64,000 bases of DNA. It comes from Octopus sinensis. Taxonomy: Eukaryota. The notes beneath the pieces are model-generated. The model had not been told where the DNA came from. It did no database searches and saw only the letters and a list, made by a program, of their open reading frames with translations. Shown here piece after piece: positions 27,321-42,779 of this stretch. Where the stretch lies: NCBI RefSeq assembly GCF_006345805.1, contig NC_043019.1, positions 16,801,360-16,865,359 on the forward strand. The letters are read 5' to 3'. The translations under genes and the position numbers were made by a program. Each line of letters opens with the position of its first letter. Position 1 is the stretch's first letter.

Positions 27321-27837
27321 TTGGCTTGGTTTAGCTTCCCTTTGATTGTATAACTACCCAAAATGGTTGTGATTTCTGGGACTTGGCTGAGGAAAGAAAG
27401 CCACAAATGACCCGTCTTTTTTTTGCCTGTCCTTGTATTTGTTGTTTTTCTTGTCCACCTTTGTATCGTCTGTCCGAATGTTTTAATGTCCTCTATTGCA
27501 TTTTTGATCCATTTTTATATATATATATATATACATATGGAGAACGGACGTTAAACGATGATGATATATAGTTGGAATTTACAAAAAAATAAAAGATAAA
27601 GACGGGTGTGTAAACAACAAACAGGTTTATTAGTTTAACGCTCAGGAAGGTGAGAAAGTCTTTTACATTTCGAACCTATGCTCTTCCACAGAAAAGAACA
27701 CAAGAAAATAAACAAAGAGAGAATAAAAAAAAGCTTTAGTGGCTAACGATCAATCATGGTGATACACACACACACACATAGACAAATACACTTACACACA
27801 CAAATGTCAAGTATACAGATCAATTCTATGTAATTAT

Positions 27838-28045
27838 CATCATCATCATCATCGTTTAGCGTCCGCTTTCCATGCTAGCATGGGTTGGACAATTTGACTG
27901 AGGTCTGGTGAACCAGATGGCTGCACCAGGCTCCAATCTGATCTGGCAGAGTTTCTACAGCTGGATGCCCTTCCTAATGCCAACCACTCCAAGAGTGTAG
28001 TGGGTGCTTTTACGTGCCACAGCATGAGGGCCAGTCAGGTGGCTC
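27838..28045 (-). mobile_element. SINE 3' portion with (GAT)n tail. Very abundant family; other copies near 12480, 12960, 17470, 20880, 29390, 48000, 49830, 52260, 60700, 61415 and 62550
   Basis: Conserved core GGAGTGGTTGGCATTAGGAAGGGCATCCAGCTGTAGAAAC...CCAACCCATGCTAGCATGGAAAGCGGACG ending in GATGATGAT. Confidence 0.85.
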
Positions 28046-31000
28046 AAATCAAAGTACACAACAGACAGAGCCATCAATTGCACAAACACACAGAGAGTAA
28101 TTGCTGGGTGCATTTTGTTTAACTCTTAAGACTTGTTAATGAGATGTCTTGCATTTAGAGCGGAAAGAAGAACTTTGGTCAAAAAAACTATCCTGGAAAC
28201 ACCACAACTTCAACTTATCCACTTAGTTGCTTCTATGATCAAACGGATTCCAGCCATGATCATCCAATGTGAACGTGCGCTTTTTTTTTTTGTTTTGCAA
28301 CAGACATAATATATCAAGGATCACATAATTCAGTGTACCCTTCCTACTTAGGAAAGTAGGGTGTGATGTGAGAGAAATTTGGCTATTATTTCTGGAAGGT
28401 CAAGTGACCACTTTGAAACCCCTTTGCTGGATTGTTTCAAAATTATCAAGAGAGATTAGTCCTCCTCTCAAGACATTCTTTAGAAGTTATTGTTGATGTT
28501 GTTGTTTAACACCAGGACAATCCTGATTCACAAGATCCAAAATTATGAAAGGCACTCTAGATAAGGGTTACAGTTCTTGAGGGCAGTGAATATTCAATGT
28601 TTGTCTCCACTTTCAAGACATTAGGATATAATTTGAGGGAGAATTAACTACTATTTTCAGCAGGTCACCAGACCATGCAGAAGCTCTCACTGGTTTGTTC
28701 TTACAGTCGTAGGGTGAAGATATGGCCAAGACCATTAATCAACTGACCTTTCATGGTTGGAATCAGCTTTTTTCTGATTTTGAGATGAAAATTCTTGAAC
28801 TTGCTTCTCTTAGCAGTGATGCAATTCATAGCATTGACTACACTGGTTGAGATTGGCAGTTCTGCAGTTTAAAGTAGGGGCTATTTTTGAATATCTATGC
28901 TGAGGCTGCCCCCTTTTCAGTTCTATGAGACAAACTTACTGTTTTGAAGTAAACAAAATTAATTCTGTCTACCAACTTTTCACGTTAATTTATGTTCCAA
29001 ACCGCAACCTAATGATGTCAGAGTCATTTTACAAAATACTTTGTTATTTTCAAAATTCAAACGGAAAGTGAATTTCAACAGAATTACGATAAAGAAAAGG
29101 TTGTAGAAAAGAAAGCTTTTTCTCTGAGTGTAGCCATTTCTAGATAAAGGGTGGAATCTACCAGCCAGTGTTCCTATCTTTATTTTTACAGCTTTAACAT
29201 TCAAAGAAGGATACCTGGAAATTGCTTGTTATATAGTAGATGAAGAAATATTTGAGTATTTACCATTAGTAGAAAGCTTGGATAATCTAAGGGATACAGT
29301 CTTCAGTTGCTTTAGCATATCTATGTATCATACACACACACACACACATTGGAATTGACTGGATAAGGAAAACTCCTATCATACTAGTCAAACATCGTCG
29401 TTGTTTAACGTCCGCTTTCCATGCTGGCATGGGTTGGACAGTTTGACTGAGGGCTGGTGAGTCAGAAGGCTGCACCAGGCTCCAATGTGATCTGGCAAAG
29501 CTTCTACAGCTGGATTCCCTTCCTAATGCCAACCACTCCAGAAGTGTAGTGGGTGCTTTTTCCATGCCACCAGCACATGGGCCAGTCAGGCAGTACTGGC
29601 ATCGACCACAAACAGAAAAACTCTTTGGTGAACAGATGAAAAATATGCAGACACAACACCTGGACTATCACTTCAGATTTATACCTGCAATTAGTAAGGC
29701 ACCTGGTTATATGACTAACTACCTGAGCAACATTCTTAAAAAGCTGGGCTGCACAAAACAATAACAAACAAAGCTAATTAGAAAAGTAACAATTAGAAGC
29801 CATTAATGGAACTATAAAAAATATGTAAAACATTGTAGAAATTCAGTTTGTAGTATGCGGATATTTATACCTACATGCTACAGATTGTAGATAGAAGCTA
29901 TGAATAGCTCAAAACCTATAAATTGACACACATTGCTATGTTTGTCTACAAACATACGTGCACACACACATACATACATGAGTGGAGATACACAGACACA
30001 CAAGACCAATGAAAGAGACTAGGTTCTGGGCTGCCGACAGTCTTTTTACTGGAGAGAAATTCAATAAATAAAACCAGAAGAATATACATAAAATACATGT
30101 TTAGTGAAAACGAGTGACCACATGTGACCACATGTTCATATTTCATACATGTGAACACATGTTCATAAAAGCCTCTTTTAAATGAACAATCTGACAAAAT
30201 CGGTTGAAAATTTTATAATTTCAAATCAATCCACCTGTGTTCTGTCATAAAATCAATATTTCTCTTGGTTAATTTATACCTTGCACACACACGTTTCAAT
30301 GGTTCAGCATCAACATCCCAACTATCACGATAATAATTCCAATGACAACTACACCACCACCACCACCATCACCAGGTAAATGGTTGTGAACCTGGTCTTG
30401 TGGGTTAAAAATATTGCTTTGTAATCACGAGGTCCTGAGTTCAATCCTGCACCTCATCATGTCTTCTATCACGATATAAAGTCAATTCAAGCCTTGTAAG
30501 ATGGAAACTGAGTTGAAGCTTGCTGGAAGGATTGTGGCTGTACCTTGTTATGGCTGGGAGACATAATCTGTCTGTTGGTCTTTGGGTAGCATTAGCAAAG
30601 GATGCCCTGTTGCACATATTTGGAACCAGTGTTTGGTCTGAGAAGAACTCAATATAAACAATGGACTGCAACTCCTGATTTGTAGGTTCCTCTTCTTGTG
30701 TCCGGCCATCAATCTTGGAAGTCTTCCCAGTGAAGGTACCAACCCTTTCTCCTCAGACCATTTCATAGTATCATGATCATCATCGTGCAGGTGTGGCTGT
30801 GTGATGCCTAAGTGTCTTCTACTCTAGCCCTGGGCTGACCGAGCTCTTGTCAGTAGATCTGGTAAACGGAAACTGAAAAGAAGCTCATCATACATGTGTG
30901 TGTGTGTGTGTGTGTGTGCTGGTTCTTGACATTGCAATAGTATCAAGTAAACTAGATACTATTGTTATACAAGTGATGTTGTCTGTTTGTAATCTTCCTT

Positions 31001-31149
31001 GAAAATATCTCCAAGCTGAGAGAAAATATTTTCTTGCTTGGAAACGAGAGACAATCAGATGCAGATGGGTAGAGGCTGATGAATTGACATATCCAGTCAC
31101 CCTGTTTTGGCAACAGTTCTTTTTGGGGGCTGGAGGTAAACACATACAC

Positions 31150-32023
31150 ACATGCAGAAATATACGCATATGTGTGTCATGAGGTTGCCGAACAAATCTG
31201 ACACAAACTCATAGAATTCATAGGGCAGACCAATAGTTCATTGCCTTCCATATTTCCAAGGATTTTTGTAGAACCTTGTGTCTGCTGCTGAGTGCTGAGG
31301 CAGGCTGTCCAGGTACGAAATAAAGTATGCCACTGTTGTTGACCCATTGTCCAACTCAAACAGCCATGTGAAGTGCTTCTGGAAGGCCACACACATCTCA
31401 GAACTGAGTAGCATGAGCTCGCCCTGGTGCATCGAAGACTGATTGTGGTTTTGTTGCCATGTCATGTCTCCACTGTCCAGGCCCATCGGATGGTTTTAGT
31501 TCCTTCATGTTTGAGTGCACAGGCCTTAGCACTGACAACAAAGCCTTCATGATTCACCTTGAAGAAATGGTCAAGTGCCATTCCTGCTGCTAAAATGTCT
31601 GTTGTGATTCCTTTATTAACTGCCACTTCTACTTTGCTAACCACTTCTCCCTCCAATCTATTTCTTTCAATTGATAACCCTTCTCTGAAAGCTACTGATT
31701 CTATTTTCCTCAGGGCAAACTAGAACTGCCATCAACTGCCACTTAACTAGTTCCCTAATCTGGTCCCTGTAGATTTTGTATGCTAGTAAGGACACATTAA
31801 ACTTCCAGTAACAGGGTTCCTGTCTGTGGGTCCTATGTAAATTGATTGAGCAGATCCCAAATTTGTAGCCTGTGCAGCCAATCAGTTTAAAGTGAGGCCA
31901 CGCTATGCTATCCTTATCCACCAACCTAACAAATTCTCTTAATATTTTTTTTGCTTGGGTCAAACACTGGAGTTTAAAGGTCAAGGTCTGATGATGTGAA
32001 TTTTCCGAGTCCTCTCCCCCCAC
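31150..32023 (-). mobile_element. Decayed L1/Tx1-like LINE ORF2 remnant
   Basis: CYWKFNVSLL (the WK.N..LL motif that follows the APE domain in L1/Tx1 ORF2) and Cys-rich C-terminal pieces, spread over several frames with stops. Confidence 0.6.
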
Positions 32024-32540
32024 CAGGTTTGCGATCGTGCATGTCCTTAATGTTGTAACAGAGGTGGGACTTACTGCATCTGTAGCAAAAAGAAAAGAAG
32101 CATTGAAATATCGTAGTTTGTCGGTAAATTATATTTTTTAGCCCATGTCTTTTGAGACTTTGGTGGGTGCTGGATTACTGATAGGGAGGTTTTTGACTTC
32201 GTTAGGGACCTGCCTTATTGATGAAACTTGGAAGGGCACCTGGTTGCTTCAGCTTCGCAATTATTCACAAGAATATCGCATTTTGAAGTGACACAAACAC
32301 TGGTTCCAGAAGAAAACAATATTTAACGGAAAATATTCCTTGTTGCTGATAACAGTGCTTATCGCTATTCAAAGACTGTTGTGTCGTCTTCCAATCTACC
32401 TCAAATTTACATTACACTCTTATTGCCTTGGAAGATGAGATCGATCTTATTATGACAATGGCCAGCTTTATTACATTATATTCATAAGATAATATTTTTA
32501 AAATTAATCTTTCTAAAAACCTTTCATCTTGTGAAATAAG

Positions 32541-33337
32541 GGGTCCTTTTGGTTTGAACGGCAGTTTTTAACATAATTTTTAGGTAACTAAAAAATTTTT
32601 AACTTCGTATACTGGAAGAATGTGTTTATAAAACATCTTTCTCTCTTGGCTTTTTTGAGAAAATTCTAGAGTTTGTAAGATATTTGTTGTTTTTTTCTTC
32701 AATTTCTGCAATTTCAACTAATCAATGACGTCCATTGAGGTAAAAAAACATTCTGTGCCGTATGAATATGTCCCTCGTTTAAGAAACAGAATGGGTTTAT
32801 TTACATTTGCGAAGAAAAAAAGATACCCTTCCCCCCCTAACCCTAACCCTAAAATAGATTGAAATGCAATAGATCGATACTAGGGTTATAATTATGAGTG
32901 ACAATTTCATACGACACCGCTACGGAAAATGGGATTTTTTTCTAGCAGTGTCAAATGAAAATGTCACCCATAATTATAACCCTAGTATCGATCTATTGCA
33001 TTTCAATCTATTTTAGGGTTAGGGTTAGGGGTGGGGGAAGAGTAACTTTTTTTCTTTGCAAATGTAAATAAACCCAATCTATTTCTTAAACGAGGGGCAT
33101 ATTCATACAGCACGGTATGTTTTCACTCCAAATGGACGTATTTGATTGGTTAAAATTGCCGAAATGCTCGATTTTAAAGTGGAAATATCTTACAAACTAT
33201 AGAATTTTCTCAATAAAGCCAAGAAAAAATGATGTTTTATTAACACATTCTACCAGTATACGAAGTTTAAAAATGTTTAGTTAACTAGAAATTGTGTTGA
33301 AAACTACCGTTAACTAGAAATTGTGTTGAAAAGATCC
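32541..33337. mobile_element. Palindromic (foldback/MITE-like) element with internal telomeric hexamers
   Basis: Long inverted arms with ends GGGTCCTTTT.../...AAAAGATCC. The inner 62 bp (32835-32896 vs 32969-33030) are perfectly inverted and carry (CCCTAA)3/(TTAGGG)3. Confidence 0.85.
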
Positions 33338-34299
33338 TAAAATTGTTGAATATAGAAATGATATAAATAGATGTCCATGCAACCGGGTTAGAGATTAACA
33401 GTTTACGCACCATTGGCCAGCATTATTACATTATATTCATAAAATAATATTTTTAAAATTAAGCTTTCGAAACACCTTTCCTTTTGTGAAATAAGTCCTA
33501 TTTGCCCCAGTAAACATTTTAAAAACATAATAATAATAGAAACTTGTTGAATATAGAAACGATATAAATAAACGTCCATGCAACCTGGTTAGAGATTAAC
33601 AGATTACGCGCCATTTTAAACCAGTTTGCTTGCATCGAAATCCGTTCCACACGATTCCAAGAAGACAACATTTACCATTAAGGTAAATATATATATATTC
33701 TATACATGTTTCTTTAAGTTTATGTGTTTGTTAAATTTAACGACCTGATAGAAAATTTATTATTTTGTTTCTACTCAAAAGCCAAGTTATTTTACTGACA
33801 AATTAGTTTTAAAATTCAAATTAAATATTTCCTGTAGTAATAATGTCATTAAGTAAATATGTTTGCAAACGAAACATTGCCTATTTGCCTTGTCATTATT
33901 GACTGTCATACCTCGTTAACACCCGAAACGAAAATACGTGAAAATCAAACATGAAGATCTCCGTGACTAATTTCGGGTTTCTTTGAAGACAATCATTAGA
34001 TTTTCTATAGATACGAACAATAATGATTCAGATACATGTTTGATAATGCTTTTTTTTTTTTAGTATAGGATATATATTTAACAAGAATATTGTTAATAGT
34101 AGTTCCTCTAATTTATTGTTCAGGTGAGGAAACCTGCCTGCATTTAACTCACCAAAAAGGACATCCGAATCTTTGTGTTACCGTTTCCTCAAATCTGGTA
34201 ATAAATCTTCACCGAATTTAATAACTCAATTAAACGAATGGTGTCGAGAAATGAAAGCAGTAGTCGTAAATAATAAACCTCTTTTAACCCATAAATGCA

Positions 34300-34544
34300 T
34301 AGAGTCCAGATAAATGGACACAGGGAAAATTACCATTCCTTGTTTCGCACGTGTCGGGTTTGTGCGCAGCGCTTGCTCACTCATCGAGCACTAGTTTAGA
34401 GGCAGACTATACCAAAAATAAGCTCAATAGCTTGTTTACCTAACAAGCAATGCATTAATGGTTTAAGCATTTATTCGTTTCGATCATTTAGGGAATGACT
34501 GGTTTGTTTAGAAAATTTAATGACGTTCGTGTTTTGGTTCGAAA
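34300..34544 (+). promoter_or_regulatory. CpG-enriched candidate promoter region, possibly of POT1
   Basis: Local CpG enrichment against an AT-rich background, E-box CACGTG at 34348, followed by an ATG exon with a strong donor. Inference only. Confidence 0.4.
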
Positions 34545-34601
34545 ATGTTGCGTATTCGACTCCTCTGCCACGGGTTTCTATTGTATTCTTTGTCGGCAAA
34601 G
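34545..34601 (+). CDS. Candidate first coding exon of POT1 (19 codons, MLRIRLLCHGFLLYSLSAK)
   Basis: GAAAATG start and AAG|GTAAAT donor in phase 0, which is the phase the 47023 exon needs. There is no direct evidence that this exon splices to 47023. Confidence 0.35.
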
Positions 34602-34881
34602 GTAAATATTATTTATGTACAACCACGAGTTTTCAGCGTAACATAAACCCTAATCCTAATCCCTGTCCACCGGGTGTACGTATTCTTTACTTTCGCCTTC
34701 TTTGTCTTCTAGTTTTCGGCCTGAAATAAACTATCGCCGTTTAAAGTTGGATGATTCTGTTAGGAATATTGGAGTAATGTAGTTTAAATGAAGCGATGTG
34801 TGATAGAGTTGTTAAAAGTGTTCTGGAAAGCCATAAGTTAGAAATAGAAGGGGTGAAAACAGGAATAACATATATATTGCC

Positions 34882-35511
34882 TATATGCCTTGTCGACTGC
34901 TACTGTGCGGCCTTAAATTTCTACTTGTCCTGTTTTCACCATTACGGCATCATGCAAGGGACTGATAGAGTAATGTCTGTTGACGTGACGATGGTGAAAT
35001 GGTAAGAGAAAGACGGGAGAGTTATAAAATGAGATATCCTTCTCATGAGAAAAGAGTTGCATGCAAAGGAAAAAACAAGTTAAGAGTCTATAGATGTGCA
35101 TAGAAACTGGGTGCAAGCATGCATATATGCATGTGTAAACATTGTATTGTGCAGCAAAAGGAACGAACAGTACAAAATGTGTAAGGAAAAGTGACAAAAT
35201 CCGATTGGTAATGTCCTGTGTGAAAAGTCTATGCTGAAAAGTGAGAAAAGGTTAGTTCTCTTGGTTGGGTAGCTGTCCTAAGTGTTGCATTTATGTATGG
35301 CAACTGTTTCCTCGTGGATCTGTGCATCGGGTTGCAGTACATGTGGAATGTAATTGGTGTGTGTCCATTGAGTCGGTGACTTCATTCCTTTCGTGTTGTG
35401 TTGGGCGTGTGACGATGGAACTGAAAACTATGCGTCGTGAAAGTTCGTGTCCTATAATTCTTGTTGATGCGACTGGCACGGACTGTAATTGTTTTCAAGA
35501 GTTCATGCGAT
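34882..35511 (+). repeat. Left arm of a 630-bp inverted repeat
   Basis: Reverse complement of 38793-39422. Only one mismatch found by eye (35101 vs 39203). Mirrored ORFs in the track confirm the match. Confidence 0.97.
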
Positions 35512-37035
35512 ATTTGATTGGGACTCTATTTTATCGAGCCCCGAAACGATGAACAGCAAATTCGACCGTGGCGGGATTTGAACTCAAAATGTTTAAGGCA
35601 CACGATGGAATTTCGTTCGGAATAACCGTCTCGCACAAAATGGAATTTCTTCAATTTTTCTCGCTATTTTTTTGTCATTTTTACAAGAAAACACATGTAA
35701 GACAATCTAAAACATATGTAAAGCAATCTTTTGGTATTTGTAGACATTCACCACACAATTTTCAATAATGACAGAGAAAGGGACTTAGCTGATAAAGAGA
35801 GTAAATGACATCGTCTTCTTATTCTGACATTTTTGCAGATCAATACCGAAGGATCGCCCATATGGCGATCCTTCGATGTAATTTGCACTGTAACAAAAAA
35901 TTTTCAAAAATTCGTTTTTACAAACTTGCCCCCTTCCCCCCCATCGCTCCTTCGGAATAACTGCCACAATTAAAATGAATTTTTTTTTTTTTTTTTTCAG
36001 TATCTTTTGCTATTTTAAAGAATTATTCCATATTCTGGAACACTTGTAATTAGGTTTGTAAGAAGAAAGACTATTTTTTCAACAAGGCAGTGCCCCAGCT
36101 TGACTGAAGCAAGGAAACGGATCCCTAAAAATTCTCAACTCGAAATTCCCTCGGACACACAGCTAAAATAGCACGTGGCTTTTTGTCGAACGCTCCACCG
36201 ACTTAGCCCACACCACTGCTCTTTTATTTCAATAATGCCATTTAAAAAATAAATAACTTAGCAGTTTGGCAAAAGAAGTCCGATAGAATGAGTACCAGGC
36301 TTTAAATAAGCACTCCAGTATGGCCGCCGTCTAATGACTAAAACAAGTAAAAGAATAAAAAAAAATAGGCGAAATTTTGATGAATATTGTTTTAATTTTT
36401 TTGTTTAATGTGTAGCAAATCTTGCATACATAAAGTGGATTTGATTCAACATAGACAAATTTAAATCAACACAACATTTCCCACAATGGAACAATGGTTA
36501 TTCCCTGGCAGCAGTTTTACATTTTCCAGATGCCTTTAGCTAGGCTGAAATAATGTCTTCACCACTTGACCCTTTCTAACCTCTTCTACTACACCATAAG
36601 CTAAATCAACTAAATCTATTGTTCTCAATGATATATCTATCCTTCTGGATCTTAATATAAGCAAGCACATACCAAGTGAAAGTAAGTTAGCCACTTGTCA
36701 TCAACAGAACAAGCCATTTCATGACTTAGTAAAGAAAGGGCTGCTAGGATATCAGACAATGTCCCACACTCTTTGACTTCCCACTAGCTCGAACGCAGTT
36801 CTCTAACAATTTCAGTCTGTCTTTCTCCACATTTACTACTACAGAACGAAGAGACTTTTGGAACGTAAAATCTTTATTTTATTTTCGTTTTGCACACAAG
36901 CACAAACAAAATTTTGCACACAGACTCACAAGCACACACAGACACACATACATGCACATATCTGGCAACAGACTCTCCTGTACATTTTCTTAATTACTAT
37001 TAATTACATCATATACTCTTCCATAAGATCCCACT

Positions 37036-37946
37036 ATGGCTGGACGATATAGGATTGTTGAATCTGTCCTTTCCGTTGATGAGATAACTCAAAGATCTGA
37101 CCATCTGCGAGACATTCATGCCATAAGTAACGCGGATTCAACAATCCAATTCCTGGCATTTCTGGGATTGATCCACAATTCATCGGAATGTTGTAATGGG
37201 CGGATGTACCTTGCATCACACAATACAGTATCCGATGGGAAAATGTGGAGGTGTACTGTTTGCAAGGAATTTCGTAGCATTGGGCAAGACTCATTTTTCG
37301 CGGGTTCACACCTACCATTGACTTGTCTCCTCGAGTTGATGTATTACTGGGCGATAATTGAATGTAAACAGTGTTGTGATGGGTGAAGTTTGAATTGGAT
37401 CAGAGGCAATTGTCAACTGGTACAATTACTTCCGCGATGTTTGTGCCGTGTGGTGTTTTGACCACCCTGTGCAACTTGGAGGAGAAGATGTTGTAGAGAT
37501 CGATGAATCCAAGTTCATGCACAGGAAATATCATCGTGGTACTTATCGAGAAGGTCACTGGGTTTTGGGGATGGTTGAGCGTGAGAGTCTGAGATGTGTC
37601 TTAGTTCCTGTGCAGAACAGAAGTGCAGCAATATTGTTGCCTATTATTACCAGCCATGTATTACCAGGAACTAAGATTATCACAGATTCACGGAGAGCGT
37701 ATATTAGCCTACCCAACCATTTGACTGTGAACCACAGTGTTAACTGTGGATCCCAATGATGCCTCAATCCACACAAACACCGTGGAAGGGATGTGGAGTC
37801 ACGTGAAATCAAATTATCGGAAAATGCATGGAACGTCCGATAATTTGTTTTCAACACATCTGCATGAATTTTGTTGGCGACGTTACAACAGCAGTAATAC
37901 TTTTATGAGCTTCATAAAATGTATGAGACACTATTATCCTGTATGA
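37036..37946 (+). pseudogene. Merlin/IS1595 (ISXO2-like) DDE transposase, broken by two frameshifts and a stop
   Basis: N-terminal Zn-ribbon (CCNGRMYL...WRCTVCK), NWYNYFRDVC, VVEIDESKF, GHWVLGMVER, IITD...AY, VNHS, HTNTVEGMWSHVK and HLHEFCWR, distributed over three frames. Confidence 0.9.
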
Positions 37947-38792
37947 TTTCAAAAATGTGTTTTATGAAGTTCATAAAATGTGTTCTGTTGTTTAATTTAG
38001 CCTCATTCATGGGAATCTGTATAATTTTATATTTATTATTAATTTCTTCTTTTTGTATCTTAGTAATTTGCATTTCTTTTCTTCATGCGCCTTTCAGATC
38101 TTGAAACTTTTATGATTTTCGGAATTTTAAAATACCTTTACAAAATTGTCTTCTACACACGGAAATAACCTGTGGAAGCAAAATTTGGTCTAATATTTAA
38201 CTTTTTATTTGTCTATTTTTTGTAATGGCTTTTTAATTTGGTATTCATTACATTGAGAGTCTGAATCAAATTAAAAAAAAAAAATCAAACATGAAACAAT
38301 TTGCTACCACGCACAGTTGATATTTCCAGTTTCTTCTCTGAAATTTGCTTCCACAATTCATTTTACAAAAATAAGAGAAATGGTTAGAACGAGCTGTAGC
38401 TACTTATACATATGTAGTGCTTTGAGTTAATTTCATCACTTGGCTTTGCTAAGTCAATTGATGTGTTTTCCGTTTGACTTAAAACTTTTCCGCGTCTACA
38501 CAGACACCACACGAAAACAATAGGTGTCACAGTGATATACCTCTTTTTCTACAGTCGGCCGAAATGAAGAAGTGACAATGCCACCTTCACATTCTGTATT
38601 GTCAGCATCGAGCATCGGCAGAGAGACGTTATTAGAATACATCAACCACAACGATACAACTGGTTACCCACAACGTGATTCGAACACAACAACCCTGCCA
38701 CAATTGCTGACCCCCGAGCCACAGAACTGCAGTCTTCGTTACCTTATCCATTACATTTGGTGAGCTCGACTTCAAAGACTTACTGCTTCAGC

Positions 38793-39422
38793 ATCGCATG
38801 AACTCTTGAAAACAATTACAGTCCGTGCCAGTCGCATCAACAAGAATTATAGGACACGAACTTTCACGACGCATAGTTTTCAGTTCCATCGTCACACGCC
38901 CAACACAACACGAAAGGAATGAAGTCACCGACTCAATGGACACACACCAATTACATTCCACATGTACTGCAACCCGATGCACAGATCCACGAGGAAACAG
39001 TTGCCATACATAAATGCAACACTTAGGACAGCTACCCAACCAAGAGAACTAACCTTTTCTCACTTTTCAGCATAGACTTTTCACACAGGACATTACCAAT
39101 CGGATTTTGTCACTTTTCCTTACACATTTTGTACTGTTCGTTCCTTTTGCTGCACAATACAATGTTTACACATGCATATATGCATGCTTGCACCCAGTTT
39201 CTGTGCACATCTATAGACTCTTAACTTGTTTTTTCCTTTGCATGCAACTCTTTTCTCATGAGAAGGATATCTCATTTTATAACTCTCCCGTCTTTCTCTT
39301 ACCATTTCACCATCGTCACGTCAACAGACATTACTCTATCAGTCCCTTGCATGATGCCGTAATGGTGAAAACAGGACAAGTAGAAATTTAAGGCCGCACA
39401 GTAGCAGTCGACAAGGCATATA
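38793..39422 (-). repeat. Right arm of the 630-bp inverted repeat
   Basis: See the left arm at 34882-35511. Confidence 0.97.
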
Positions 39423-39583
39423 TAACGATTAAATAAAAAAAATTTTGTCTATATCTTCGATCACTGTCATTATTCCATTGAGTCAACCTCATTATTTTCT
39501 ACATAGCAGACCGTTACATAAACAGGCAAAGGTAATCTTTCGTTTTAACTCGAAATAATGTAAACACTGAATCGGCCACGGCC

Positions 39584-42361
<2,778 letters not shown>

Positions 42362-42410
42362 GATGCACTACAAAAACTAAGTAAAAAATTTCAGTTATCT
42401 CTCTCTTTCA

Positions 42411-42590
42411 CACATTACTCTTTCTGTTTCTTCACACACACACTAACAGAAGCACTTCACTTACACACCATACTTTCTGTCTCGCACACCCCATCACACA
42501 CATTACTCTTTCTGTTTCTTCACACACACACTAACAGAAGCACTTCACTTACACACCATACTTTCTGTCTCGCACACCCCATCACACACA
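42411..42590. repeat. 88-bp direct tandem duplication
   Basis: CACATTACTCTTTCTGTTTC...CTCGCACACCCCATCA occurs at 42411 and 42499. Confidence 0.9.
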
Positions 42591-42779
42591 TGTACATCAA
42601 TGCTTCCCATGCACGGTAACTTCAAAAGAACTTCTCTCCTCATACAGTCGCTTTCATTACTTCAAAAGATCCCATTTCCGTGCAACCCCATATGTAAAAA
42701 AATAAGTTTTTTTACAGAAATCGATCACGTAAACAAATACACGTGGTAATGAAACATCGCCATACACATATATATATAT

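Noticed and set aside
36720-38460. Possible degenerate native TIRs of the Merlin element (about 36720-36810 vs 38380-38460)
   Set aside because: Only short patches match (TGACTTAG.AAAG and TAAC.ATTTC), with no target duplication. Too weak to define ends by eye.
34796-39391. Duplicated ORFs of 62-95 aa in the 630-bp arms
   Set aside because: No recognisable motifs or splice context. They recur only because the DNA is an inverted duplicate, and one differs by a stop between arms.
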